From contig QMZT01000001.1 in the NCBI GenBank assembly GCA_003663325.1, forward strand, positions 15,366-79,365: 64,000 nucleotides of DNA, given 5' to 3'. The position numbers and the translations under genes are program-made. This stretch comes from Candidatus Aenigmatarchaeota archaeon. GTDB lineage: Archaea; Aenigmatarchaeota; Aenigmatarchaeia; QMZP01; QMZT01. Below are positions 16,554-24,842 of this stretch, piece after piece; within the stretch, counting starts at the first letter, position 1; the number at the start of each line of letters is the position of its first letter. Under the pieces are notes generated by a model. The model was not told where the DNA came from and did no database searches. It saw only the letters and a program-made list of their open reading frames with translations.

Positions 16554-17503
16554 ACCTCACACCTCAATGAAAATCTCTTGGAAAAGCATTTCTCGTAATA
16601 ACAAAGGGTTCTTTTCACATACACCTTTGTCTCTTCTTTACATTTTTCATCAATATGCCTTTCCACAATTTCCCAACAATTAGAAGTGGTGCAGTATTTA
16701 TTTACAAGCCATTCTATATTCTTTGGACCACAATTGTAGGATGCAAGCGTAAGCATGATTTTGCTGTCTCCATAATCTTTAAACTTGTTTATAAGCTGCG
16801 ACAGATACCTTACACCACCTTCAATATTCTCCTCTGGATTATAAGCATCTATGCCCAAGCTATCTGCTGTTGTTGGCATTATCTGCATATAACCAATTGC
16901 CCCTGCTGGCGAGACAAGGAAACCATCTTCATCACAATGCCTAAAATTGCTCTCCGAAGCCATCACCGCCATTACAAGGGCTTTATCAACATTATATATG
17001 TTTGCATACTTCTCTATTTTCGCCTTTAACCATTCATCACCAGGCTGCATGCATCGCCATTCTTTTGATATAACTATGCCTCTCTGGTCCTTGGTCAAAA
17101 GCACATGTGTAATATTCTCCAATCTCTCACACTTGCTCCCTTTGCACTCTATAGCAAGTTTTCCTGTAAATAGAACCTTTTTACTTTTTCCAACAATCTT
17201 ACCATCCTTTATCAATTCAAGCATTATATAATGGCTGCCTTTCTTGCCAAGGCTTATAAATGGGCTGAACCTGCCTATCTCTATGTTGTAAGTATTGTTA
17301 AATTTCTTTTCAATTACGCCATAATCAACATCTGATAATGCACTTAAATAGACAGCAAGTATATTAGCATCAAGCTCAACCATAATTTTTGGTACCATGC
17401 CTATAGTTGGTTGTAGAAGCTTTGTAAATATCGCGACCAATAAAAGCATAGAAACTAATACGGTGCCAATAATGATAAAAGTCATTTTTATACTTGCTAA
17501 CAT
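16547..17503 (-). CDS. SLT-domain lytic transglycosylase (GH23-like) with N-terminal TM anchor
   Basis: N-terminal helix 'MTFIIIGTVLVSMLLLVAIF'. SLT motifs 'VMASESNFRH' (catalytic E-S), 'GAIGYMQIMPTTA', 'NIEGGVRYL', 'LASYNCGP'. Confidence 0.8.
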   Translation of the reverse strand: MLASIKMTFIIIGTVLVSMLLLVAIFTKLLQPTIGMVPKIMVELDANILAVYLSALSDVDYGVIEKKFNNTYNIEIGRFSPFISLGKKGSHYIMLELIKDGKIVGKSKKVLFTGKLAIECKGSKCERLENITHVLLTKDQRGIVISKEWRCMQPGDEWLKAKIEKYANIYNVDKALVMAVMASESNFRHCDEDGFLVSPAGAIGYMQIMPTTADSLGIDAYNPEENIEGGVRYLSQLINKFKDYGDSKIMLTLASYNCGPKNIEWLVNKYCTTSNCWEIVERHIDEKCKEETKVYVKRTLCYYEKCFSKRFSLRCEVC

Positions 17504-18024
17504 TTCTCCCCCTCTTTAAGTCTGCTAAGCCTTATACTAATACCATCCTCTAGCTCCTCAACGTGCATGCAATACTCATCTATACCCTCACCAGGCCCAT
17601 CAATCCTTTCCATATTCGTACTTATGCGATACTTTTTGGCTATGCATTCTGTTTTTGCAGGCTTTTTTACCAAATCCAGCAAGTTTCCCTTGTAAAGCTT
17701 TGAAAAAAATGAAATGATGCCTGAGCTTCTTCTTGGTACTATTACAATAAAACTCTTACCACTCTTTCCAATGCACGCAGCTATACTTGAGGCCTTTTCT
17801 GTGCTCTTCCCTGTAAGAAACAAGATATGGTCCACACAATCTCCAATGCTCACTAAAGAATTCCCTTCCTTTATATTGTAAAACGGTAGCACAGCCTCTG
17901 ACCAACATTTCGTATAAGCTGTGCTTATAACAAATCTGAGAAATATCACACTCACTATCGCTATCAATATAAGTATGCCGAAAACAATGAATATTGTCTG
18001 TGCCTCTGGTCCATCTGCTTTCAT
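17497..18024 (-). CDS. pilin-like N-terminus protein, Cys-containing, function unknown
   Basis: 'MKADG|PEAQTIFIVFGILILIAIVSVIFL'. 7-nt overlap with the downstream SLT gene. Confidence 0.55.
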   Translation of the reverse strand: MKADGPEAQTIFIVFGILILIAIVSVIFLRFVISTAYTKCWSEAVLPFYNIKEGNSLVSIGDCVDHILFLTGKSTEKASSIAACIGKSGKSFIVIVPRRSSGIISFFSKLYKGNLLDLVKKPAKTECIAKKYRISTNMERIDGPGEGIDEYCMHVEELEDGISIRLSRLKEGEKC

Positions 18025-18054
18025 ATTTAATATTTATTTTCTAAAATATAAGAG

Positions 18055-18186
18055 TCAAGCAAATGGCAATAACTTCTCTATCTCTGTCAAAGAAAGCCTT
18101 GAAAGGACTATTATCGCGAGTGTTATAAACACTATTATCAGTATTATTTGAACTATGTGCTCATACAAAAATGATACCACACCCAT
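18055..18186 (-). CDS. micro-ORF, 43 aa, single TM (MGVVSFLYEHIVQIILIIVFITLAIIVLSRLSLTEIEKLLPFA)
   Basis: Hand-translated; below the ORF-track cutoff. Its ATG directly abuts the TAA of the preceding micro-ORF. Confidence 0.45.
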   Translation of the reverse strand: MGVVSFLYEHIVQIILIIVFITLAIIVLSRLSLTEIEKLLPFA

Positions 18187-18294
18187 TTATATCCCCAAAT
18201 ACTCTGCAAACCTTTGAAGGAGGAGCACAGTAAGGATGACAACGCCTAAGGATATGATTATGGTTACAAGCCTCATTAAATCCATACCCCTCAT
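18187..18294 (-). CDS. micro-ORF, 35 aa, single TM (MRGMDLMRLVTIIISLGVVILTVLLLQRFAEYLGI)
   Basis: Hand-translated. 7-nt gap from the preceding micro-ORF. Confidence 0.45.
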   Translation of the reverse strand: MRGMDLMRLVTIIISLGVVILTVLLLQRFAEYLGI

Positions 18295-18301
18295 ATTACC
18301 T

Positions 18302-18403
18302 CTACAATAATTTAAACCTTGAAAGGTATTTTAATGCAATCAATATTATCATGAAAAGTATGATGATACCAAACATGAGCCCAAGCATAACATCCCTATC
18401 CAT
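18302..18403 (-). CDS. micro-ORF, 33 aa, single TM (MDRDVMLGLMFGIIILFMIILIALKYLSRFKLL)
   Basis: Hand-translated. 6-nt gap from the preceding micro-ORF. Confidence 0.45.
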   Translation of the reverse strand: MDRDVMLGLMFGIIILFMIILIALKYLSRFKLL

Positions 18404-18409
18404 AACCAA

Positions 18410-18559
18410 TTACCTTGGAAGCATTTCTTTGATGGAGTTAAACAGAGAGGTAAAGGCTGTGCTTACATTTTCAGATTGCTTTGTTAGAAACATTATTATT
18501 AAAAGGGCCGCTATAACCAAGATCAGCATTACGGCAAGCGTTTTAAGTGAGAACTCCAT
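18410..18559 (-). CDS. micro-ORF, 49 aa, pilin-like N-terminus (MEFSLKTLAVMLILVIAALLIIMFLTKQSENVSTAFTSLFNSIKEMLPR)
   Basis: Hand-translated. Starts 15 nt after the stop of the 92-aa pilin-like gene. Its N-terminus resembles that protein ('xxSLxxLxV..ILVI'). Confidence 0.5.
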   Translation of the reverse strand: MEFSLKTLAVMLILVIAALLIIMFLTKQSENVSTAFTSLFNSIKEMLPR

Positions 18560-18574
18560 GCTATCATTTTTATA

Positions 18575-18853
18575 TTAACAAACAAGCTTTCTATTACTAC
18601 ACTTGCAACCCTTTAAAAGATCACTACATGTTTCTTCCTTATCATTAACTATAATCTTTAAATCTGTTACCGTGGATGGTAGCTCCCCATCTCCTATCAC
18701 ACTACAAGCAGCTGCTGCATGCTGTTTACAAATATTTGATGCCTCAGACAACGTGCTTGCACGCTGTATACCAATACCAAATATGGTTATAACAACCAAT
18801 GCTGTTATTAAAATAACAATTGCAACCACGATAAGCTCAAGTGATATCCTCAT
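18575..18853 (-). CDS. small Cys-rich pilin-like protein (first gene of operon)
   Basis: 'MRISLELIVVAIVILITALVVITIFGIG' resembles the 'ISLE(Y/F)LLLI' class III signal-peptide core with almost no leader. An in-frame stop lies 4 codons upstream. Six Cys in the C-terminal half. Confidence 0.6.
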   Translation of the reverse strand: MRISLELIVVAIVILITALVVITIFGIGIQRASTLSEASNICKQHAAAACSVIGDGELPSTVTDLKIIVNDKEETCSDLLKGCKCSNRKLVC

Positions 18854-18876
18854 AATTAAATATTAACCCTTTTCTT

Positions 18877-18886
18877 ATTTAAATAT
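18877..18886 (-). promoter_or_regulatory. candidate TATA box for the pilin/hydrolase operon
   Basis: ATATTTAAAT (minus-strand reading) lies 24-33 nt upstream of the ATG at 18853, implying a very short or absent 5' UTR. Confidence 0.3.
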
Positions 18887-18970
18887 TGCTTAATAGCCTT
18901 AATATGTTGTGCAAGCTGTTAATCTTTTTATTTCTTTCCTTTGAACACTTTAAAATACGAAGGTGGGGTA

Positions 18971-20167
18971 ATGAAAATTCTTTTAATGGTTTTGGACGGC
19001 GCAGCAGATAGAAGCAATGCAACACAAACCCCATTTCAAGCTGCAATAAAACCAAATATAGACAGGCTTGCAAAGAATGGCAAAGTGGGGATGATAGATA
19101 TTGGGTACAAAGGCAGTGTGGAATCTGATTTTGGTTTTCTCAATCTCCTTGGATTCTATTCAAAAAATACATATCCAGGAAGAGGATATTTAGAGGCATT
19201 GGGTGCAGGTATAGAGCCTAAACATGGAGATTTGTGTATAAGGGGCAATTTTGCAACCCTCAACGCTGATGGTAATCTTATTGATAGAAGGGCTGGGAGG
19301 GATGAAACAGGGTTGGAGGAGCTTGCAAATATGTTGGATGGTATGGAAATAGATGGCGTGCATTTTACTGTTAAAAAATCAGCTGGTCATAGAGTAATAA
19401 TAATAGCGAGCGGTAAAAATTTAAGCACAGAGCTTATGCCAAACGATACAAGAGAAATAAACACACCTGTAAGGCAAATTGTGGCAAAAAACGAAAAGGC
19501 TAAATTTACAGCCTCAGTGCTGAATAAATTCATAACAAGAAGCAGGAAGTTGCTTGAGAGACATGAGATAAATAAAAAGCGTAGCAAACCAGCAAATGTC
19601 ATTTTGATGAGGGGTTTTGGTAAGAGAAGGGATATAGAGGGTTTTGAAAAAAGGTATGGGATGAAGGCTTGCTGTATAGCAGGAATTCCTATAGCAAAGG
19701 GTGTAGCAAGGTGGCTCGGCATGGATGTTATTGAGGTTGAGGGGGCAACAGGTATGCCAAATACAAACCTTGCTGGAAAGTTTAATGCAGCCATAAAGGC
19801 TATAGATAAATATGATTTTATATGGTTGCATATAAACGCATGCGATATACTTTCTCATGATGGGAAGAGGGAGGAGAAAAGAAGATACATAGAAAAGATT
19901 GATAGTGAGGTTGGAAAACTATTAAAGAGGATTGATATAAGCAAGCTTATTATAGCCATAACCTCCGATCATAGAACTGTAAGCATACCAGAGTTTAAGT
20001 TTTATAGGCATGTCCCAGACCCTGTACCCGTTCTTATAGCGGGAAATGGTATAGAGGCTGATAAAGTGGGAAGGTTTAATGAAATAGATGCAGAAAGCGG
20101 CAGTCTTAAGCTAAAGGGAAACGAGCTTATAGGCAAGATAATATCTTTATGTAAGAGAAAGAATTAA
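18971..20167 (+). CDS. apgM: 2,3-bisphosphoglycerate-independent phosphoglycerate mutase, archaeal type
   Basis: Start moved to 'MKILLMVLDGAADR', preceded by GGTGGGGT (SD-like). 'ITSDHRT' and overall length fit ApgM. Confidence 0.8.
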   Translation: MKILLMVLDGAADRSNATQTPFQAAIKPNIDRLAKNGKVGMIDIGYKGSVESDFGFLNLLGFYSKNTYPGRGYLEALGAGIEPKHGDLCIRGNFATLNADGNLIDRRAGRDETGLEELANMLDGMEIDGVHFTVKKSAGHRVIIIASGKNLSTELMPNDTREINTPVRQIVAKNEKAKFTASVLNKFITRSRKLLERHEINKKRSKPANVILMRGFGKRRDIEGFEKRYGMKACCIAGIPIAKGVARWLGMDVIEVEGATGMPNTNLAGKFNAAIKAIDKYDFIWLHINACDILSHDGKREEKRRYIEKIDSEVGKLLKRIDISKLIIAITSDHRTVSIPEFKFYRHVPDPVPVLIAGNGIEADKVGRFNEIDAESGSLKLKGNELIGKIISLCKRKN

Positions 20168-20168
20168 T

Positions 20169-22082
20169 ATGGAAAAGGAATTTACAAGCCTGGATATATT
20201 TTTTATTTTAAAAGAGATAAGGGATGCTATTAATGGGGGATTCATAAGAAAGATACACCAATATAATGGCAAGGGTTATTCTTTTTTGTTAGATATCTAT
20301 TCTCCAAGAAAGGGTGAATCGTTCTGGCTGTACTTTGATAAGAATAAAATATACATCACGGAGTATAAGAAGAAGGCACCTTACAAGCTTCCCATATTTT
20401 GCTCGATCCTAAGGAAATACCTAGAGAATGCGAAGATAGAAAGTATTAATCAACATGAATTTGAAAGAATAGTAGAGCTTTGTACCACTAAAGGGATACT
20501 TGTTATAGAGCTTTTCTCTAAAGGGAATGTTATACTTTGCAATCAAGACAGGGAAATAATAGCACCCCTCTATACACAACATTGGAAAGACAGGGAAATT
20601 AAGCGTGGCGCTGTGTATAGCTACCCTCCACCCAAGCCAAACCCATTCTCTATGAGCTTTGAAGATTTTAAAAAGATTATGAGCAATGAGAAGAAGGTTA
20701 TTGTTGGCATTGCATTAATGGGTTTCGGTGGTACATATGGTAAGGAGATATGTAAAATTGCAAATATAGATGAAAATAGAATCGCAAAGGAGCTGAGTAT
20801 GAACGAGGTGAGAAGAATTTTTAAGGCAATATCAACAATAAAGAAGAGGGAAATAAAAGCTACCGTATATGAGGATGATGTAACACCTTTCCCTCTAGAG
20901 ATATATAAAAATAAGAAGATTATCAAAACCTTTGATAGTTTCTCGCCAGCCATTGATAATTTTATTATATCTAAAATAAAGAGCAGCCAGCAAATAGAAG
21001 GGGAGGAAAAAATAAAAAGAATTATAGAGAGGCAAAAGAGCGCTATAGAAAAATGGGAGAAAAAGGAAAAAGAGAGCAGAGAAAAAGCAAATATTATCTA
21101 TACACATTACCCTCTTTTCAAAACCATATTGCAATGGATAAGGAACGCTAGAGACAAGGGAATGGGATGGGAGGAAATAAAAAAATGGATAAAAGAAAAA
21201 GGAACAGGGTGGGCTGATAATATAAAAGAAATAAGGGAGCATGAAGGTGTTATCATAGTAAATGTTGAGAATAATGAAATAGAGATTGATATAAAAAAGA
21301 GCACAGAGGAAAATGCTGCAATGTATTTTGAAAATGCAAAGAAGGCAAGAAGAAAAATAAAAGGTATCATGGAGGCTATCAAAAAATATGAGGATATGGA
21401 GAAATGTGAAAGGAAGGAAAGGGAAAGGGAAAGTATTAAAAAGAAGGAAAAGAAAGCGTGGTATGAGAAATTCCGTTATTTCTATACCTCTGATAATTTT
21501 CTTGTGCTTGGTGGAAAAGATGCAGTAAGTAATGAAGTCTTGATAAAGAAATATACAGATAAAAATGACGTTGTTTTACATGCTGATATAACGGGCTCAC
21601 CATTTGTTGTTATAAAATCTGCTGGAAAAAAGATAACAGAGGTAGCAAAAAAAGAAGCCAGTGAGTTCGCTGCTATTTATAGCAAGGCATGGCAAAGGGG
21701 ATTAATGAATGTAGATGTATATTGTGTGAGGCCAGAGCAGATATCAAAAAAAGCTCCCAGTGGAGAGTATCTTGGCAAAGGCTCTTTCATGATTTATGGT
21801 AAGAGAGAGTGGTTTAGAAATGTTGAGCTAAAACTTGCGATAGGGTTTGTTTTTGATAAAGCCTGTGTAAGGGTTATAGGCGGACCTCTCTCTACGATAA
21901 AGAACAAGACTGAGTACTTTGTTGTAATAAGACCTGGAGATTTGAAGCTTAAAGAAATTGTTGAGAAAATAAAAAAGAAGGTAGCAAGAGATGTAGGTAA
22001 AGAGAAGGCATTGCTTATTAAAAAAATAAACATCTCAGATTTCCAGAGGTTTATACCAGCAGGAAAGGGAAGCATAGATTGA
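20169..22082 (+). CDS. NFACT-family (Rqc2/RqcH/FbpA-like) ribosome quality-control protein
   Basis: NFACT-N-like N-terminus, central Lys/Glu coiled coil, NFACT-R/DUF814 block 'GGKDAVSNEVLIKKY...VLHADITGSPFVVIK'. Confidence 0.75.
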   Translation: MEKEFTSLDIFFILKEIRDAINGGFIRKIHQYNGKGYSFLLDIYSPRKGESFWLYFDKNKIYITEYKKKAPYKLPIFCSILRKYLENAKIESINQHEFERIVELCTTKGILVIELFSKGNVILCNQDREIIAPLYTQHWKDREIKRGAVYSYPPPKPNPFSMSFEDFKKIMSNEKKVIVGIALMGFGGTYGKEICKIANIDENRIAKELSMNEVRRIFKAISTIKKREIKATVYEDDVTPFPLEIYKNKKIIKTFDSFSPAIDNFIISKIKSSQQIEGEEKIKRIIERQKSAIEKWEKKEKESREKANIIYTHYPLFKTILQWIRNARDKGMGWEEIKKWIKEKGTGWADNIKEIREHEGVIIVNVENNEIEIDIKKSTEENAAMYFENAKKARRKIKGIMEAIKKYEDMEKCERKERERESIKKKEKKAWYEKFRYFYTSDNFLVLGGKDAVSNEVLIKKYTDKNDVVLHADITGSPFVVIKSAGKKITEVAKKEASEFAAIYSKAWQRGLMNVDVYCVRPEQISKKAPSGEYLGKGSFMIYGKREWFRNVELKLAIGFVFDKACVRVIGGPLSTIKNKTEYFVVIRPGDLKLKEIVEKIKKKVARDVGKEKALLIKKINISDFQRFIPAGKGSID

Positions 22083-22239
22083 CATTTCAATAGTTTCAAT
22101 ATATGCAACTAAGTTTTATATAATGTTTCCTTTATATGAAGTTATATGTTTAGAGGTATAAGTATAGAGGATATTGTAAATGCAATATTACGTGCTCAGA
22201 GAGGTTAAGCATTTTTAAATATAAACCAAACTAAAAATA

Positions 22240-23004
22240 ATGAAACTGCGCTTTGTGGAAGGGAAGCCCGCCCTGCTTATAAAAGATACACTTGTAATAG
22301 CCGATCTGCATATAGGAATTGAGAGGGAGTATGCTGAGAATGGTATAAAAATACCACCCTTAGCTGATGTGCTTCTCAAAGAAATTAAGGATCTAATCAA
22401 AGCCAGTCATGCAAGATCTCTCATACTGATGGGTGACATAAAGCACATAGTCCCAGGGCACAGCAGCTATGAAAGAAAGGAGGTTAGAAAATTCCTTAAC
22501 GCTATTAATGAGATAGTAAATGTGGGGATTATAAAGGGCAACCATGACTCAAATATAGAAAACTATATTCCGGAAGGTGTTAGAATTTTTAACGCAAAAG
22601 GCATTATTTTGGAAAACGATTTTTATTTGTTCCATGGCCACACATGGCCAAGAACAGGCTTTCTAAAGGCTAAGTACTGTATAATGGCTCATATCCACCC
22701 ACAAATAGAAATAGTTAGTAGGCTCGGTTATAATTTTATAGATGATGTATGGGTTGTCTCGGAAATGAAAGATAGTATATTAGAAAGATACAATGGTTAT
22801 GAAAATAAAAGCCTGCCAGAGGTTATAATCATGCCAAAATTCAATAAAATGGCAGGCGGGCTCGTGATAAATAAAGAAACATGCTTGGAGAAATTGGATA
22901 ATAAGCATTCATCCCCCCTTCTCAGAAATTTAGATATCATGAAAAGCAAGATATTTACACTCTCAGGCCTATACCTCGGTAGGCTTTCTGAGCTGAGCCA
23001 CTAG
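22240..23004 (+). CDS. metallophosphoesterase (archaeal MJ0037/SbcD-like family)
   Basis: 'IADLHIGIE', 'MGDIKH', 'KGNHDS', 'FHGHTWP', 'MAHIHP'. TTTAAATA at 22214-22221. Confidence 0.75.
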   Translation: MKLRFVEGKPALLIKDTLVIADLHIGIEREYAENGIKIPPLADVLLKEIKDLIKASHARSLILMGDIKHIVPGHSSYERKEVRKFLNAINEIVNVGIIKGNHDSNIENYIPEGVRIFNAKGIILENDFYLFHGHTWPRTGFLKAKYCIMAHIHPQIEIVSRLGYNFIDDVWVVSEMKDSILERYNGYENKSLPEVIIMPKFNKMAGGLVINKETCLEKLDNKHSSPLLRNLDIMKSKIFTLSGLYLGRLSELSH

Positions 23005-23015
23005 ACCTTGTCGTT

Positions 23016-23981
23016 TTAAAATTTAATGATGTTAAGCTTTGTCACAAGTGTAAATATTACAAAGAGCAAGGCAAGCATTATAAGCGAGTGCTTTATACCC
23101 GCAAACGCTGAATTTTCAGAAAGCTGACCAGTTAGAAGACCCATAAATATTGCCTCTATTATCAGTGAAGAGAAAAACAGAGCAGTATAATAGCATCCTA
23201 CACCCCCTGATATATTAAATGCTGTGCATATAAGTCCAAAAAAATCGCATGGGAAAATAAGGTATGCCGTCTCACAAGGGTTCCTAAAGTTAAACGTAAA
23301 ACCACCCCCCAGAGGGCTGGTTCCCATGAAGCTTGAACCGCTAAGCCCACCAAGTGCGGAAGAACCAGAAAACATTGGCGCCAAGACCAAAATTATGCCG
23401 AGAGATATGCCTATGAATATAAAGAATGTTGCGTACATTACCATTACATGTTGCCTGACTATATTTCTCCTATCTTCTTCCAGCTCTCTTAGGGTGAACA
23501 TATCCCTTGCCAACGAGTCTAAAATTGATGCGATATCTCCTCCAGAGACGTAAGACTCCTTTATGATATCTATAGCCTCTCTTATAACCCTGGATTTAAA
23601 CCGCCTTCCAAATATCTCAAGAGCCCTTAAAAATGGAACGTTCCACGAAAGCCTGTTTGCAAGCTTTTCTATTTCTGGTGTAAGTTTTCCGTAATTTGTC
23701 TTTGTTGCAAGCCTAACAGCATCCGGCAGTGTCATTCCAGAACGCTTCATACTTGCTAAATCTCTTATAAAATTTGGAAATTCTTTCTCTGCAGCCTTTA
23801 TTAACAGAAATTCGCTATAGCGATAGAGAAATGAGGGTGTGACTATTATGAAGATTGATATTACACCCACATTTATTATTGATGCAACATCCTGTGTGAT
23901 TATACTTGTTAGCGTTAACAGGCACGCACTAATAGCTAGCGATATCAAAAGTACCTTTTTCCTCATATCTATTTCAACCAT
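23016..23981 (-). CDS. type II secretion system F-domain platform protein (TadC/FlaJ-like)
   Basis: Polytopic. Soluble helical domain between TMs ('FPNFIRDLASMKRSGMTLPDAVRLA...') typical of T2SSF/TadC. Adjacent to a paralog and the ATPase. Confidence 0.7.
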   Translation of the reverse strand: MVEIDMRKKVLLISLAISACLLTLTSIITQDVASIINVGVISIFIIVTPSFLYRYSEFLLIKAAEKEFPNFIRDLASMKRSGMTLPDAVRLATKTNYGKLTPEIEKLANRLSWNVPFLRALEIFGRRFKSRVIREAIDIIKESYVSGGDIASILDSLARDMFTLRELEEDRRNIVRQHVMVMYATFFIFIGISLGIILVLAPMFSGSSALGGLSGSSFMGTSPLGGGFTFNFRNPCETAYLIFPCDFFGLICTAFNISGGVGCYYTALFFSSLIIEAIFMGLLTGQLSENSAFAGIKHSLIMLALLFVIFTLVTKLNIIKF

Positions 23982-23985
23982 CCTA

Positions 23986-24834
23986 TCACTCCGTTGGAGA
24001 CATACCCTTAAATAATACTATGAATCCTATTGAGACGAGTGGTATGAACACGAACACGAGGAAGGTCTGTATAAGTAATATACCCCCACCCGATAGTGGT
24101 CCCATAATAGACGATAGCACTATGAAAAACACGCTACCCACAATTATGAGTGTAATATATATCTCTGTAAAGAATGATACTTGCCTTGAGTATTTGTCTA
24201 GTGATCTTCTATAATCTCCCATGAATTCTCTTGTTTTTTCCTCAAAATATCTACCTAGATCACCACCTCTTGTGAGCACAGACACCATTCCCCACAGAAA
24301 CTCTGAAAATTTCGCTGAAGGCGTTCTATTTGCAGCTTTGGCTATTGCACTTGGCAAATCCATACCAAGCATCGCAACATCCCTGTATATCCTTTTACAT
24401 TCATTACCAATCTCACCCTTTTTTAACGATGTTAGCTTGAATATCTCTACAGGGTTTACATTAGATGAAGCTATTGTTGACATGTAAACGCTAACAAAAG
24501 GCAGCTCTTTCATTATCCTGTTTTCTATCCCTTTAGCCTTCATAGAAGGGTAGTAGTTACCCGCTAAAAATGCAAGCAGTGAAGCAAACAGTGAAACTAT
24601 TATTGATAATGTAAATGAATAACTGGGAGCCATGGTTACTATACCGATAAAAAATGATGCTATTGGTAAGGAAATCATGTATACAATCAAAGCTATAAAA
24701 AGAAGGTTACATACATAGGTTTTGATATCTATAAGCATCCTGGCCTGTTTTAGCTTTAACTTCAACTCATCAAAATACTCAATATACGGTTCTACCAAGC
24801 CTCCAAAGAGCCCAAGCGAGATTTTCTCTATCAT
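23986..24834 (-). CDS. type II secretion system F-domain platform protein (TadB/FlaJ-like)
   Basis: Same architecture ('ELPFVSVYMSTIASSNVNPVEIF...IYRDVAMLGMDLPSAIAKAA'). Confidence 0.7.
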   Translation of the reverse strand: MIEKISLGLFGGLVEPYIEYFDELKLKLKQARMLIDIKTYVCNLLFIALIVYMISLPIASFFIGIVTMAPSYSFTLSIIVSLFASLLAFLAGNYYPSMKAKGIENRIMKELPFVSVYMSTIASSNVNPVEIFKLTSLKKGEIGNECKRIYRDVAMLGMDLPSAIAKAANRTPSAKFSEFLWGMVSVLTRGGDLGRYFEEKTREFMGDYRRSLDKYSRQVSFFTEIYITLIIVGSVFFIVLSSIMGPLSGGGILLIQTFLVFVFIPLVSIGFIVLFKGMSPTE

Positions 24835-24842
24835 TATAATCT

